Below the pieces are notes generated by a model. It did not search any database. It saw nothing but the letters and a program-made list of their open reading frames with translations, and had not been told where the DNA came from. Shown piece after piece: positions 7,498 through 18,386 of a stretch of 32,000 nucleotides of DNA. The DNA is from Acaryochloris thomasi RCC1774 (GTDB taxonomy: Bacteria; Cyanobacteriota; Cyanobacteriia; Thermosynechococcales; Thermosynechococcaceae): NCBI RefSeq assembly GCF_003231495.1, contig NZ_PQWO01000007.1, positions 234,424-266,423 of the forward strand. The letters are read 5' to 3'. Position numbers and translations under genes: made by a program. Numbering within the stretch: position 1 is the stretch's first letter; each line of letters begins with the position of its first letter.

Positions 7498-10359
7498 CTA
7501 GCCATCTGTAAAGCTAGCCTCAATAACATCAGAATCATCGTCGCTAGAGGCTGCTGCTGCGTTCGCTACCGCCTGCTGTGCCTGTGCCTCCAGTTGCGGC
7601 TGAAACTGGAACAGCGAATAGACAACATTACGACGAATCGCAATCATCATTTCTAAGAACAGCTCATAACCTTCGCTCTTATACTCCACAAGCGGATCTT
7701 GCTGGCCGTAGCCCCGCAGCCCTACCGCCTCACGCAGAGCATCCATTTGCTGGAGGTGCTCGCGCCAGAGAGTATCAATTTGCTGCAGAATAAAGAATCG
7801 TTCTGCCTGACGCATGAGTTCTGGCTGAAGCTGATCCACCTCGGCCTCTTTCTTGTCGTAGGCAATCCGGACCTGCTCACGAAGGAACATCTGCATCTCC
7901 GGCATCGATAGATTCTCAAAATGGCTGGGTTCAAGATCCTGCAGGAGGTAGACGAACTCCTTAATCTTCTCCACCATGCTGCCAAGATTCCACTCTTCTG
8001 GCGGTAGTTCTGGGTTGACATAGGCCCCAACAATGTCATCCATTGTTCGCTCAGCGTACTCAATAACCTTCTCTTTGAGATCCTCGCCCTTCAGAACCCT
8101 CAGACGTTCAGCATAGATAGCGCGGCGCTGATTGTTCATCACCTCGTCATACTCAAATACCTGCTTACGAATGTCGTAATAGTAAGTCTCAACCTTCTTT
8201 TGCGCATTCTCTAAGCTGCCGGTGAGAATTCGGGATTCAATGGGCATATCCTCCTCAACACGGAAAGCATCCATGAGGCCGGCAACACGGTCGCCACCAA
8301 AAATCCTTAGCAAATTGTCTTCGAGACTCAGGAAAAACCGCGTTGAACCTGGATCACCTTGACGTCCTGCCCGTCCCCGCAGTTGATTATCAATGCGGCG
8401 AGATTCGTGACGCTCGGTGCCGATAACGTGCAGACCACCTCGCTCTACGACTCGGTCATGCTCCGCGCTGGTCAGGATTTCATACTCACCTTTAACCTGG
8501 TTGTAGACCTCCCGAAGCTTTTGAGTCACAGGGTCATCTGTCGGCGCTTTCTCAGAGGCTACAGCTAGCATCTCCTCAGCCTGCAGCTCTGAAATACTTC
8601 GTTCCCCAAGCTGCTTCACAGCAAAGGCCACCGTACTTTTCAACAGCTCTTCTGTCTTTCCAGATAGCTCTGTCGGATAAATTTCTGGCGCAACCTTCCA
8701 TGTCTTTCGGGCTGTTCCCGTCTGCTGTGCTTCACCGTCTCCAAAGCCTTGCCCCGTTTGCGCATCAGGAACACCTGCCTGCATCATCGACATCGGGTTA
8801 CTATCTTCAGGCTGCACAATACGCGGCATGAAATACTCGCGCACTTTCAAGCGGGCCATATAGTCGACATTTCCGCCCAGAATAATATCAGTTCCACGAC
8901 CTGCCATATTTGTGGCAATAGTCACCGCCCCACCACGGCCTGCTTGCGCAACGATTTCTGACTCTCTTTCTACATTTTCAGGTTTTGCGTTGAGTAGATT
9001 GTGCGGAATATTTTTTTCTAGCAGAAGCTTCGAAAGTACCTCAGATTTCTCAACACTAGTGGTACCGACAAGCACAGGACGACCATCTTCGTGCATCTGA
9101 GCGCACTCAGATGCGATCGCCTGCCACTTGGCTGGCTCAGTTTTATAGACCACATCGGCAATATCCTGTCGCTGATTCTTGCGATTGGTCGGAATAATCG
9201 TGACTTCTAGCTTGTAGATTTTCTCTAATTCAGCTTCCTCTGTCTTTGCCGTTCCCGTCATCCCAGCCAGCTTGGGGTAGAGCAAGAACATATTCTGATA
9301 AGTAATCGTGGCTAAGGTCTGTGTTTCATTCTGAATTTCCACTTTTTCCTTGGCTTCAATCGCTTGATGCAGGCCATCACTCCAGCGTCGCCCGGGCATC
9401 ACCCGCCCCGTAAATTCATCAACGATGACAATTTCGTCATTGCGGATGATGTAGTTAACATCTTTAACAAATAGCTCTTTTGCCTTGATTGCATTGAAGA
9501 CGTAATGAGCCCAGGGATCATTAGGGTCAAACAGATCGTCTACCTTAAGCAGCTTTTCAGCTTCAATGAATCCCTCATCTGCAAGAACAACATTTCTAGC
9601 CTTTTCATCCACTTCGTAATGATCTTCGCTCTGTAGCGCAAACGCGACTCTCGCCGCATCCATATATTTCTCTGTGGGGCGTTCCACTTGGCCTGAGATA
9701 ATTAGCGGAGTGCGAGCCTCATCGATCAGAACAGAGTCCACCTCGTCAATCACGCAGTAGTTAAAGGGACGCTGTACCACCTCCGCCATTGAGGTGGCCA
9801 TATTGTCGCGCAGATAGTCAAATCCCAGCTCACTATTGGTGGCATAGGTAATGTCACAGGCATAGTTCTTTTGCCGCTCATGGGGCTGCATTGATTGCTG
9901 AATCAGGCCCACGCTGAGATTCAAGAAGCGATGAATTTGCCCCATCCATTCTGCATCACGGCGAGCAAGGTAGTCGTTGACGGTAACCGCGTGAACCCCT
10001 TTGCCAGCAAGCGCATTCAAATAAGAAGGCAGAGTTGAAACAAGCGTTTTACCCTCACCCGTTTTCATCTCAGCAATTTGGCCATCGTGCAAAATCATGC
10101 CGCCCAGCAGCTGCACGTCAAAATGTCGGAGCCCCAAGACCCTCACAGATGCTTCTCTAACAACAGCGAATGTCTCCGGCAGTAGTGAGTCTAGAGATTC
10201 TCCCTTCTCAATTCGTTGCTTAAACTCGGCTGTTTTGCCCTGTAAGTCCTGATCTGAAAGGGGCTGAATCTCCTCCTCCAACAAATTGATTTCAACGATA
10301 TCAGGTTGGTATTTCTTGAGCTTACGTTTGTTGGGATCGCCCAGAATGGTTTTCAGCAT
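7498..10359 (-). CDS. secA: preprotein translocase ATPase SecA
   Basis: Full-length 953-aa match to SecA: [10 protein letters not shown] Walker [20 protein letters not shown], and the [10 protein letters not shown] motor motifs. Confidence 0.97.
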   Translation of the reverse strand: MLKTILGDPNKRKLKKYQPDIVEINLLEEEIQPLSDQDLQGKTAEFKQRIEKGESLDSLLPETFAVVREASVRVLGLRHFDVQLLGGMILHDGQIAEMKTGEGKTLVSTLPSYLNALAGKGVHAVTVNDYLARRDAEWMGQIHRFLNLSVGLIQQSMQPHERQKNYACDITYATNSELGFDYLRDNMATSMAEVVQRPFNYCVIDEVDSVLIDEARTPLIISGQVERPTEKYMDAARVAFALQSEDHYEVDEKARNVVLADEGFIEAEKLLKVDDLFDPNDPWAHYVFNAIKAKELFVKDVNYIIRNDEIVIVDEFTGRVMPGRRWSDGLHQAIEAKEKVEIQNETQTLATITYQNMFLLYPKLAGMTGTAKTEEAELEKIYKLEVTIIPTNRKNQRQDIADVVYKTEPAKWQAIASECAQMHEDGRPVLVGTTSVEKSEVLSKLLLEKNIPHNLLNAKPENVERESEIVAQAGRGGAVTIATNMAGRGTDIILGGNVDYMARLKVREYFMPRIVQPEDSNPMSMMQAGVPDAQTGQGFGDGEAQQTGTARKTWKVAPEIYPTELSGKTEELLKSTVAFAVKQLGERSISELQAEEMLAVASEKAPTDDPVTQKLREVYNQVKGEYEILTSAEHDRVVERGGLHVIGTERHESRRIDNQLRGRAGRQGDPGSTRFFLSLEDNLLRIFGGDRVAGLMDAFRVEEDMPIESRILTGSLENAQKKVETYYYDIRKQVFEYDEVMNNQRRAIYAERLRVLKGEDLKEKVIEYAERTMDDIVGAYVNPELPPEEWNLGSMVEKIKEFVYLLQDLEPSHFENLSMPEMQMFLREQVRIAYDKKEAEVDQLQPELMRQAERFFILQQIDTLWREHLQQMDALREAVGLRGYGQQDPLVEYKSEGYELFLEMMIAIRRNVVYSLFQFQPQLEAQAQQAVANAAAASSDDDSDVIEASFTDG

Positions 10360-10550
10360 GGTTTAGTTAACAAGAATTTTAGTCAGGAGGGCCGCCAATA
10401 CAGGGCTAAGCAAATGACGTTCATCGCCATAGCAAAAGCTTTAATGTCAGCCCAGACAACGCAGCAATACTTTTACAATCTTAACATTACTGCTTCAGGG
10501 CCAAGTGAAAACCTTTAATTCAACGCAGCCAGCTCCTAATTTTCTAGCCT

Positions 10551-10736
10551 TCATTGACCAAATTCTAAGCGCGCTTGCTCAACCAGCTCACTGGTAACAA
10601 CCTCAAGTTCTGCTTCACGAGCGAGTGCCTCAATGCGGTATCTCGCCTGCGTTCGCGCGAAGTAAGGAATATTTCTCAGCTTAGCCTCAGCAGTTGCGGT
10701 CCAGCGGAGCATATCTGTGAAGTCAGACTCTCGCAT
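10551..10736 (-). CDS. small PCP-reductase-family (PCP_red domain) protein
   Basis: The 61-aa product [46 protein letters not shown] fits the L-W-EA-L--IP-F-R pattern of the protochlorophyllide-reductase C-terminal-like domain. Confidence 0.65.
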   Translation of the reverse strand: MRESDFTDMLRWTATAEAKLRNIPYFARTQARYRIEALAREAELEVVTSELVEQARLEFGQ

Positions 10737-10784
10737 TTCGGTACGGGCCTCGTAAGGATCTCAGCCTTTATTGTAAAGCGAATA

Positions 10785-10817
10785 TAAAAGCTCCTGCCTC
10801 AAACAGAAGCAGGAGCT
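10785..10817 (-). terminator. rho-independent terminator downstream of psbC
   Basis: A 9-bp stem, agctcctgc (10789-10797) with gcaggagct (10809-10817), is followed on the minus strand by TTTT-A-T-A-TT. It lies 44 nt after the psbC stop. Confidence 0.7.
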
Positions 10818-10860
10818 AAAAGCAAAACCAAGCTGAAATCAGCCTACATTTTTGCCAACT

Positions 10861-12234
10861 TTATTCGTACTCAGCCATAGACAAAGCAGGCTCTGTCCTA
10901 CGCTCAATACCTTTTTCAAATCCAGCTGCGGCGGCCCGAGCACGACCTGCATGCCAGAGGTGACCGATGAAGAAGAAGAAGGCTAAAGCAAAGTGAGATG
11001 TCGCTAGCCAAGCTCGAGGAGAGACGTAGTTCACTGAGTTAATTTCAGTTGCTACACCACCGACAGAGTTCAAAGAACCCAAAGGAGCGTGGGTCATGTA
11101 TTCAGCCGCACGGCGAGCTTGCCAAGGCTGAATATCACTTCTGAGCTTATTGAGATCTAGACCGTTAGGACCACGAAGTGGCTCTAGCCAAGGACCGCGG
11201 AATTCCCAGAAACGCATGGTCTCACCACCAAAGATGATCTCACCGGTGGGGGAGCGCATGAGATATTTACCCAAACCAGTGGGGCCTTGAGCAGACGCTA
11301 CGTTAGCACCCAATCTTTGGTCACGGATCAAGAAAGTCAAGGCCTGAGCCTGAGATGCTTCTGGACCAGTAGGACCATAGAATTCACTAGGATAAACAGT
11401 GTTGTTGAACCAGACCATGAAGGCGGCGATAAAACCGAAGACACACAGGGCGCCCAAGCTATAGGACAAGTATGCTTCGCCAGACCAGACAAAGGCTTTC
11501 TTAACCCAAGCCCAAGGCTTGGTCAAAATGTGCCAGACGCCACCAAAGATGCAGTGAACGCCTACCCAGATATGGCCACCAACAATATCTTCTAAGTTGT
11601 TGACGCTAACAATCCAGCCTGACTCACCAAAGGGAGAGCGCGTGATGTAGTCCAAGAAAACACCAAAGCTCCAGGTTGGACTGGTCACAACACGGACCTG
11701 GCCACCACCTGGAGCCCAAGTATCGTAGAGACCGCCAAAGAACATGGCTTTCGCCACGAGCAAAAGTGCACCAATTCCGAGAATCACAAGGTGATACCCG
11801 AGAATGGTTGTCATCTTGTCCTTGTCTTCCCAGTCGTAACCAAAGAAGTTGGAATAATCAAGCTGTTCAGGACCACGAATAGCGTGGAATGTTCCACCCA
11901 AACCTAAAACGAAGGAAGCAATCAGGTGAATTGCGCCAACGGCAAAGAATGGAAATGTATTGATAATTTCTCCGCCTGCACCCACGCCCAAGCCAAGAGA
12001 GGCGAGGTGAGGAAGAAGGATACAGCCCTGTTCATACATGGGCTTCTCAGGGATCAGATGAGCTGTCTCAAACAGCGTCATACCACCTGCCCAAAAAACG
12101 ATTAGGCCAGCGTGGGCAACATGAGCGCCAAGTAGACGACCCGATACTGCGATCAGGCGAGCGTTACCCGCCCACCAGGCAAAACCTGTCGATGGCCGGT
12201 CATAGCCAGCGGTTTGATTAGAGAGCGTTACCAC
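10861..12234 (-). CDS. psbC: photosystem II CP43 chlorophyll apoprotein
   Basis: Start placed at the GTG at 12232-12234 (VTLSNQ...[14 protein letters not shown]). This gives the classical overlap with psbD, 17 nt here. The upstream ATGs in the track ORF (12345, 12270) add non-conserved residues. Confidence 0.95.
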   Translation of the reverse strand: MVTLSNQTAGYDRPSTGFAWWAGNARLIAVSGRLLGAHVAHAGLIVFWAGGMTLFETAHLIPEKPMYEQGCILLPHLASLGLGVGAGGEIINTFPFFAVGAIHLIASFVLGLGGTFHAIRGPEQLDYSNFFGYDWEDKDKMTTILGYHLVILGIGALLLVAKAMFFGGLYDTWAPGGGQVRVVTSPTWSFGVFLDYITRSPFGESGWIVSVNNLEDIVGGHIWVGVHCIFGGVWHILTKPWAWVKKAFVWSGEAYLSYSLGALCVFGFIAAFMVWFNNTVYPSEFYGPTGPEASQAQALTFLIRDQRLGANVASAQGPTGLGKYLMRSPTGEIIFGGETMRFWEFRGPWLEPLRGPNGLDLNKLRSDIQPWQARRAAEYMTHAPLGSLNSVGGVATEINSVNYVSPRAWLATSHFALAFFFFIGHLWHAGRARAAAAGFEKGIERRTEPALSMAEYE

Positions 12235-13273
12235 GCGGTAGTACCTCCTCTGGGAAGATGAAGTTTTCATGGGGCTGGTCTTGCGGTGCCATCCAGGCAC
12301 GCAGACCTTCGTTGAGCAGAATGTTCTTGGTGTAGAACGTCTCAAACTCAGGGTCTTCTGCCGCTCTGACTTCCTGAGAGATGAAGTCGTAGCTACGCAG
12401 GTTCAAAGCAATACCTACAATTCCAATCGATGCCATCCACAGGCCTGTAACAGGCACAAACAGCATGAAGAAGTGCAGCCAGCGCTTGTTGGAGAAAGCA
12501 ATACCGAAAATCTGTGACCAGAATCGGTTCGCTGTGACCATTGAATAGGTCTCTTCTGCTTGAGTCGGGTTGAAGGCACCAAAGGTGCTCGACTCTGAAC
12601 CGTCTTCAAACAAGGTGTTCTCAACCGTGGCACCGTGAATCGCACACAGAAGTGCGCCACCCAAGACACCGGCAACGCCCATCATGTGAAAGGGGTTGAG
12701 GGTGAAGTTGTGGAAACCTTGAACAAACAGAATGAATCTGAAAATACCCGCCACACCAAAGCTCGGTGCAAAGAACCAGCTCGACTGGCCCAAGGGGTAC
12801 ATCAAAAAGACTGAGACAAAAACTGCAATGGGTGCACTGAAGGCGATGGCGTTGTAAGGACGCACGCCAACAAGACGCGCAATCTCAAACTGACGCAGCA
12901 TGAAGCCCACCAGTGAAATGGCACCGTGCAGTGCCACAAAAGTCCACAGGCCGCCCAGCTGGAACCAGCGGGTCAGGTTACCCTGTGCTTCGGGTCCCCA
13001 AGGTAGCAAGAGGGAGTGCCCCAAGCTATCTGGAGGTGTGGAAATGGCAACGGTCAAAAAGTTGCAGCCCTCTAGGTAAGAACTGGCAAGACCGTGGGAA
13101 TACCAAGATGTAACGAAGGTTGTGCCGGTAAACCATCCACCCAGTGCCAAAAAGGCGGTGGGGAATAGTAAAACGCCGGACCAACCAATAAAGACGAACC
13201 GATCACGCTTGAGCCAGTCGTCGAGGACGTCAAACCATCCTCTCTCCTGGGCGCGTCCGACTGCTATGGTCAT
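12218..13273 (-). CDS. psbD: photosystem II D2 protein
   Basis: Start at the ATG 13271-13273 ([26 protein letters not shown]...), ending ...[12 protein letters not shown]. The track ORF start at 13318 adds 15 non-conserved residues. Confidence 0.97.
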   Translation of the reverse strand: MTIAVGRAQERGWFDVLDDWLKRDRFVFIGWSGVLLFPTAFLALGGWFTGTTFVTSWYSHGLASSYLEGCNFLTVAISTPPDSLGHSLLLPWGPEAQGNLTRWFQLGGLWTFVALHGAISLVGFMLRQFEIARLVGVRPYNAIAFSAPIAVFVSVFLMYPLGQSSWFFAPSFGVAGIFRFILFVQGFHNFTLNPFHMMGVAGVLGGALLCAIHGATVENTLFEDGSESSTFGAFNPTQAEETYSMVTANRFWSQIFGIAFSNKRWLHFFMLFVPVTGLWMASIGIVGIALNLRSYDFISQEVRAAEDPEFETFYTKNILLNEGLRAWMAPQDQPHENFIFPEEVLPRGNAL

Positions 13274-13805
13274 GGGAATAAGCCCTCTTGCTCTAACTCT
13301 AAGGTTGCAAGGATACAAACACCTTGCGGGTTATCTTGCGAAACCAGCGAAGACATCGGAATACTGTCTTAGTTTGACATGGAAGTCACCCCAAAACGCT
13401 AACCTGCCTCTCTTCATACATTCTGATGTTATATAGAACGGTCCTGTTGCACCCGATCAAGGAATGCAGATGGAAAGTTGTAATCAATAAAAACAGGGCG
13501 GCACGAAAGAATCATTTGCCCTGATCAAGATGCTTCCCTAGGAAAATACTAGGTAAAAACACTTAGGAGATGAAAATGTAGGATTAGCGGGGCGGTCAAG
13601 CAAGTATTCGTATCCTGCAACACAATTAATATCGCTTAATCTTTTTGATAACGGAATTCTTGCGAAATATCAAGTTCTCTAACGGTTGTCTCAGGTAGGG
13701 AAATCCATAGCTGTATAACGACTCAAGTTGAATCAACTACTGTTCATGACGAGACTGCTACACAGGAATTGGGTCTGCTACGGGCGGGATGAAGGCCGTC
13801 GAATT

Positions 13806-13823
13806 GTTACATTCTTTTACAAA
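13806..13823 (+). promoter_or_regulatory. HLR1-type (RpaB-binding) direct repeat upstream of ycf4
   Basis: GTTACATT-ct-TTTACAAA matches both halves of the HLR1 consensus (G/T)TTACA(T/A)(T/A)-N2-(G/T)TTACA(T/A)(T/A). It lies 124 nt upstream of the ycf4 ATG. Confidence 0.5.
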
Positions 13824-13946
13824 AAAGCTCTGCCAGAGTACTGAGATCAGGAGCATGATTCACGATCTAGACTCTGTGCTTTAATGAGCGACAGGGACGC
13901 GGTGGCCGTCTTAATATTTTGCTCGCAGCACATTTATTCTGAAAAT

Positions 13947-14510
13947 ATGACGACTCAAAGCTCCGGTGGCAATTCAGTTTTGCGCTACGACGTTCTAGGC
14001 TCGCGACGCTTCAGCAATTATTGGTGGGCGACGGTTACAACTATTGCGGGTTCAGGCTTTTTGCTCGCGGGCCTCTCTAGCTTTCTGCAGACAAATCTGT
14101 TGCCAATGGGTAATCCTGTGGAGCTGATTTTTATTCCTCAGGGGATTGCTATTGGCTTTTATGGGGCAGCAGCTCTGTTGATTAGCGCTTACCTGTGGGT
14201 TGCGATCGCACTTAACATTGGTTCTGGCTACAACGAATTCAACAAAGAGACCGGCATGGTGCGCGTCTTTCGCTGGGGATACCCTGGCAAAAACCGACGC
14301 GTAGAAGCCACGTCCCGTCTGAGCGATGTTCAGGCTATTCGTATTAATATTCGAGGCGGCCTTAGCCCCAAGCGAACGCTCTATGTGAAGGTGAAGGGCC
14401 GGGGAGATATTCCGCTAACGCGTATTGGACAGCCCCTACCGATCTCAGTCATTGAAGGGCAAGCCGCTGAGATTGCTCGCTTTTTAGAAGTCCCGATGGA
14501 AGGTCTCTAG
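13947..14510 (+). CDS. ycf4: photosystem I assembly protein Ycf4
   Basis: Track ORF trimmed to the ATG at 13947. [27 protein letters not shown]...[11 protein letters not shown]...[13 protein letters not shown] is Ycf4. Confidence 0.9.
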   Translation: MTTQSSGGNSVLRYDVLGSRRFSNYWWATVTTIAGSGFLLAGLSSFLQTNLLPMGNPVELIFIPQGIAIGFYGAAALLISAYLWVAIALNIGSGYNEFNKETGMVRVFRWGYPGKNRRVEATSRLSDVQAIRINIRGGLSPKRTLYVKVKGRGDIPLTRIGQPLPISVIEGQAAEIARFLEVPMEGL

Positions 14511-14515
14511 TTTTA

Positions 14516-15277
14516 ATGAATTTAGCAACATCAATTGGAATCGTAGGGCGGCAGCTCCTGGCCGTTTCTTTAGCAATGACGCTCATGGCCTGCAGCACCC
14601 AGCCCACGAGTCCCTCAGGCGGCGCTGAGGGCGTGAAGCAGGCACAGGCAGAGACGCCGCTGCTGAGCGAATCAGAGCCAGCGGCGACCGCACAACAGCC
14701 CAAATTAAAAGGCGAAGCAACGGTCCAGATAACGGTAAACGGCAAGCCCATCACCGTCACCATTAATGGTGATGCTGCCCCCATCACGGCAGGGAATTTT
14801 GTTGATCTCGTCGATCAGGGTGTTTATGACGGCACCAGCTTCCATCGCGTTGTGCGTCAGCCTCAGCCCTTTGTTGTGCAGGGTGGAGACCCTCAGAGTA
14901 AAGATGCCAGCGTTCCCGCACAGCAGCTAGGCACGGGTGGCTTTATCGATCCAGCCACTCAGCAGGAACGCACCATTCCGCTAGAGATTGTGCCAGAGGG
15001 TGAAGATCAGCCTGTTTATAGCGAGACCATTAAGGCAGCAGGCAAGACACCCAAGCTGAAGCACACAAAAGGAGCCGTGGCGATGGCTCGTTCACAGTCG
15101 CCGGACTCAGCCTCCTCGCAATTTTATTTTACGCTCAGCGACCTACCGTTTTTAGATGGCGACTATGCTGTGTTTGGCTACGTGACAGAGGGAATGGATA
15201 TCGTTAATCAAATTCAGCAGGGCGATCGCATCGAATCGGCCAAGGTTACTCAGGGAATTGAGAATTTAACACGATAA
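14516..15277 (+). CDS. cyclophilin-type peptidyl-prolyl cis-trans isomerase with a lipoprotein-like signal peptide
   Basis: The N-terminus ends in a lipobox-like LMAC. The core [20 protein letters not shown]...[34 protein letters not shown] is cyclophilin. The gene starts 5 nt after the ycf4 stop. Confidence 0.88.
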   Translation: MNLATSIGIVGRQLLAVSLAMTLMACSTQPTSPSGGAEGVKQAQAETPLLSESEPAATAQQPKLKGEATVQITVNGKPITVTINGDAAPITAGNFVDLVDQGVYDGTSFHRVVRQPQPFVVQGGDPQSKDASVPAQQLGTGGFIDPATQQERTIPLEIVPEGEDQPVYSETIKAAGKTPKLKHTKGAVAMARSQSPDSASSQFYFTLSDLPFLDGDYAVFGYVTEGMDIVNQIQQGDRIESAKVTQGIENLTR

Positions 15278-15307
15278 CGCTTGAGTTCTTCCCAAACACT
15301 TTTCAAT

Positions 15308-15348
15308 AAAAAACGCCGCCAGTCAAGCGCTTGACTGGCGGCGTTTTT
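15308..15348. terminator. bidirectional rho-independent terminator
   Basis: A perfect palindrome, cgccgccagtcaagc/gcttgactggcggcg (15314-15343), is flanked by A6 on the left and T5 on the right. It can serve the PPIase gene (+) and the DUF4278 gene (-). Confidence 0.85.
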
Positions 15349-15384
15349 ACTTGGCTCTAGTAAAGATAATTCAGAGAATCAATT

Positions 15385-15477
15385 TATAGCAGTACGCGGC
15401 TGAGTTAGGACAGCCCTTCTTTAGCAGGCATGGTATTCAACCATTTTGATGTCCTAATCAATACGCGTACCGCTATA
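15385..15477 (-). other. 93-nt two-tier inverted repeat immediately 3' of the DUF4278 stop codon (structured 3' UTR element or small palindromic repeat)
   Basis: The outer arms tatagcagtacgcg (15385-15398) and cgcgtaccgctata (15464-15477) pair at 13 of 14 positions. The inner arms ttaggac (15405-15411) and gtcctaa (15451-15457) pair at 7 of 7. A symmetric 6x6 internal loop sits between the two tiers. Confidence 0.45.
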
Positions 15478-15480
15478 CCT

Positions 15481-15885
15481 CTAGGAAGCAAGCTGCTTTT
15501 GCTCGTTCTCCAAAACATGAATCAGGTTTTGGTTACCTTGAGTCCGAGCAACGCTCAAGCGGCGCTCTAGATTTTTCTGAATGGACAGATTGTGGACTTT
15601 CTCTAGCTCTGACTGGACTCGATGACGATCGGTGAGCACGGCAACAGGGACCATACTGGCATCACGCGCTACGGATTCAACCGAACGACTGGCGATCTGT
15701 CCGCCGAGACCAGGCATGTATGCAACACCCCGATACTTGAGCGTCACTCTAGGATGAGAAGCAGCAATATCAAAGTGAGAACGACGGCAGGTCCGTCCCC
15801 GGTAGCGACCAATGACCTCAGAGGTTGTAGCCACTGCCGTAAAAGGGGTAAAGCGATATTTAACGCCTCGATAAGAAAGATTCAT
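15481..15885 (-). CDS. DUF4278 domain protein (cyanobacterial YRG-repeat family)
   Basis: Track ORF trimmed to the ATG at 15883-15885, with GGAGG ~10 nt upstream. The product starts MNLSYRGVKYRF and has further YRG motifs (IGRYRGRT, LKYRGVAY). Its LERRLSVARTQGNQNLIHVLENE tail is typical of the family. Confidence 0.7.
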   Translation of the reverse strand: MNLSYRGVKYRFTPFTAVATTSEVIGRYRGRTCRRSHFDIAASHPRVTLKYRGVAYMPGLGGQIASRSVESVARDASMVPVAVLTDRHRVQSELEKVHNLSIQKNLERRLSVARTQGNQNLIHVLENEQKQLAS

Positions 15886-16169
15886 GGAAATGCGGCCTCC
15901 GACCAATAATGTAAATGAGGCGCGTTCCTTCGGGAAAATCCCTACTTCCGTCTTATTCAACGACGAGCTTTTGAGCAAATGAAAAAGAATCTCAAGTCTA
16001 CGCTAAACAAGATGAACGACTTTTCTGTATCTAATGATACCCTTTATTTCTAAAATCGTGCTTAAGGTCTATTCATCTTCAAGTTAAAGTTGCCCTAAGC
16101 TTTGATATGTCAGCAATTTAGGGCTGTGAAGATTTCAGACGTTCAGAGATTCCTGTCGCTGGGCAAGGA

Positions 16170-17294
16170 CTAGTAAAGCTCATATTTCATAAGCTGACAG
16201 GGAAGAGAGCCGTTGTGGACTGAAAAACGCTGAGAAGATTTGAGCCCAATGGTGCGAGAAAGCTCTTTGTTGCCGCTCAGTACAAATGCCGTCCAGCCCT
16301 TGAATTGCTGTTTGAGGACGTTGCCGAGCAGCTTATAAAACGCTCCTAAGTCAATGTCTTTGCCAAGACGTTCACCATAGGGGGGGTTGCACAGCAGGAC
16401 GCCGTGATCACTAGGAGCCTCAACAAGGGATAGCTCCTGTTGGTAGAGTTCGATCTGGGTTTCAATGCCGCAGTTCGCTGCGTTTTGACGGGCCTGCTGG
16501 ATGACGGTGGGGTTGCGATCACATCCCACTACCACTGCATCTAGAGTTTCACGGCAGCTATCCACTGCATTTTGACGCAACGAATGCCACAGCTCAGACT
16601 CGAAATTAGGCCAAGTCTCAAAGCCAAAGGACTCCCGATACAATCCTGGTGCCTGGTTGATGGAGATCAAGCCTGCCTCCAGCGGCAGCGTACCTGAACC
16701 ACAAAGCGGGTCCATGAAGGGCTGATCCGGTTGCCACTGGCTCATGTGAATCAGCGCCGCCGCTAGCGATTCCTTGAGGGGGGCTGCGCCCACAGCAGGC
16801 CGATATCCCCGTCGATGGAGACTAGAGCCGGAACTATCGAGACTCACCGTACAGAGATCACGATGAATATGAACGTTGATCAGTACGTCGGGCGTTTGTG
16901 GATCTACCGATGAGCGTTCATCAAAGCGTTGCTGCTGCTGATCGACAATGGCGTTCTTCACCTGCAGGGCCGTGAAGTGGGTATGGTTGAGCTGGCGATT
17001 TTTACCCGTCGCCTTCACCGCTAGGGTCTGCTCCGGCGTCAGATAGGTCTGCCAGTCTAGGGTCTGGATCCCTCGATACAGATCCTGGGCATCTTGACAG
17101 GGAAATTCCTTCAGACTCTGGAGGATCCGAAAGGGCAGTCTGGCCCACAAATTAACCTTGTATAAAAGCGCGCTGTCGCCGATAAAGGAAACGCCACAGA
17201 ATCCAGGCTCAACTGAGCTGGCCCCCAACGTCTCTAGCTCTTCGGCGGCTAGTGATTCTAAGCCCCGAGCAACGGTGGCAAAATAGGTATTCAC
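16170..17294 (-). CDS. THUMP-domain class I SAM-dependent RNA methyltransferase (RlmL N-terminal-domain-like)
   Basis: An N-terminal THUMP-like region is followed by DPLCGSGTLPLEA (SAM motif I) and NPPYGERL (motif IV). The GTG start at 17292-17294 directly abuts the prfA TAA. Confidence 0.8.
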   Translation of the reverse strand: MNTYFATVARGLESLAAEELETLGASSVEPGFCGVSFIGDSALLYKVNLWARLPFRILQSLKEFPCQDAQDLYRGIQTLDWQTYLTPEQTLAVKATGKNRQLNHTHFTALQVKNAIVDQQQQRFDERSSVDPQTPDVLINVHIHRDLCTVSLDSSGSSLHRRGYRPAVGAAPLKESLAAALIHMSQWQPDQPFMDPLCGSGTLPLEAGLISINQAPGLYRESFGFETWPNFESELWHSLRQNAVDSCRETLDAVVVGCDRNPTVIQQARQNAANCGIETQIELYQQELSLVEAPSDHGVLLCNPPYGERLGKDIDLGAFYKLLGNVLKQQFKGWTAFVLSGNKELSRTIGLKSSQRFSVHNGSLPCQLMKYELY

Positions 17295-18386
17295 TTAGGC
17301 GTTGGCCGCCAGCTCTGCCAGTTGAGCCTGCTGATCTTTAGCCACACAGGCTTCTAAAATCAGGTCAATGCCTCCCTCTAGTACCTTTTCTAGGGGGAAG
17401 TTATTACCCAGGCGGTGATCGGTGGCCCGATTATCTTTGTAATTATAGGTGCGGATTTTCTCGGACCGAGACCCGGTGCCGACTTGCGATCGCCTCAGGT
17501 CAGTAATCGAGTCCTGCTGCTCCTGCATCTGCATTTCGTACAGCTTGGCTCGCAAGATCTGCATGGCCCGCTCTTTGTTCTTGAGTTGCGATCGCTCCTC
17601 TGTACAGAACACCCGGATTCCCGTCGGCTTGTGAAACAAATCAGCCGCCGTCTCAACCTTATTGACGTTTTGGCCCCCTGCCCCGCCAGACCGGGCCGTT
17701 GACATCTCAATATCCTTCGGGTCAATCTTGACCTCAACCTCATCCACCTCCGGCATCACCGCCACCGTAGCCGTCGAAGTGTGGACCCGCCCCTGCGTCT
17801 CTGTGAGCGGCACGCGCTGCACGCGATGGACCCCCGCTTCATACTTCAGTTTGCTATAAACCCGGTCACCCTGGATCTCGAGCACAGCTTCCTTGAAGCC
17901 CCCCATCTCACCTAGGGATTCGCTCAGCAACTTGACTCGCCAGCGCTGTGTTTCAGCGTACTTAGAATAAATACGGACCAGATCTCCGGCCCAGATACTG
18001 GCTTCGTCACCGCCGGTCCCAGCCCGAATCTCCAGCATGATGTTTTTATCATCGTTAGGGTCGCGGGGCAACAGCAAAATCTTAAGCTTCTCTTCTAGCT
18101 GATTGACCGTCTCTGTCAGTTCAGCTACCTCCAGCGCGGCCATTGCCTTCAGCTCTGGATCTTCGCTGCTGTCCTTGGCAATCTGCTGTGCCTCTGATAA
18201 CTCCTGCTGGTTTTGCTGCCAGCTTTCAAAGGTCGTCACTGTTTCTTCCAAAGAAGCCCGCGTTGTCGCCACCCGCTGAAACTCACTAGGGTCTGTCGCC
18301 ACTTCAGGGTCTGCAAGACGACGGGTTAGCTCATGGAAGGTTTGCTCAACAGACTTGAGCTTGTCAATTAAATACGTTTCAGCCAT
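17295..18386 (-). CDS. prfA: peptide chain release factor 1
   Basis: [15 protein letters not shown] (GGQ motif), [14 protein letters not shown], and a 363-aa length all fit RF1. Confidence 0.95.
   Translation of the reverse strand: MAETYLIDKLKSVEQTFHELTRRLADPEVATDPSEFQRVATTRASLEETVTTFESWQQNQQELSEAQQIAKDSSEDPELKAMAALEVAELTETVNQLEEKLKILLLPRDPNDDKNIMLEIRAGTGGDEASIWAGDLVRIYSKYAETQRWRVKLLSESLGEMGGFKEAVLEIQGDRVYSKLKYEAGVHRVQRVPLTETQGRVHTSTATVAVMPEVDEVEVKIDPKDIEMSTARSGGAGGQNVNKVETAADLFHKPTGIRVFCTEERSQLKNKERAMQILRAKLYEMQMQEQQDSITDLRRSQVGTGSRSEKIRTYNYKDNRATDHRLGNNFPLEKVLEGGIDLILEACVAKDQQAQLAELAANA

Noticed and set aside
7578-9100. Multiple 60-113-aa ORFs inside secA (both strands). Similar shadow ORFs lie inside psbC, psbD, prfA, sufS, sufD, sufB, the NDH-2 fusion and the GTPase gene.
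   Set aside because: All are fully nested in well-supported genes and have no motifs. They are typical out-of-frame and antisense shadow ORFs of moderately GC-rich coding DNA.
10472-10489. HLR1-like tttacaat-ct-taacatta upstream of secA
   Set aside because: Only the first half-site fits. The second half needs a 1-nt spacer or has three mismatches.
12235-13318. Longer N-terminal versions of track ORFs: psbC from 12345, psbD from 13318, and likewise ycf4 from 13884, dps from 1393, DUF4278 from 15978, sufB from 29675, HigB-like from 31187
   Set aside because: The extensions are non-conserved. Internal starts reproduce the canonical N-termini, and most have a visible Shine-Dalgarno sequence.
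13494-13523. Hairpin cagggc...gccctg with a flanking A/T run in the psbD-ycf4 intergenic region
   Set aside because: It has a 6-bp stem with a ~14-18-nt loop and no upstream gene on the relevant strand, so it is too weak to call a terminator.
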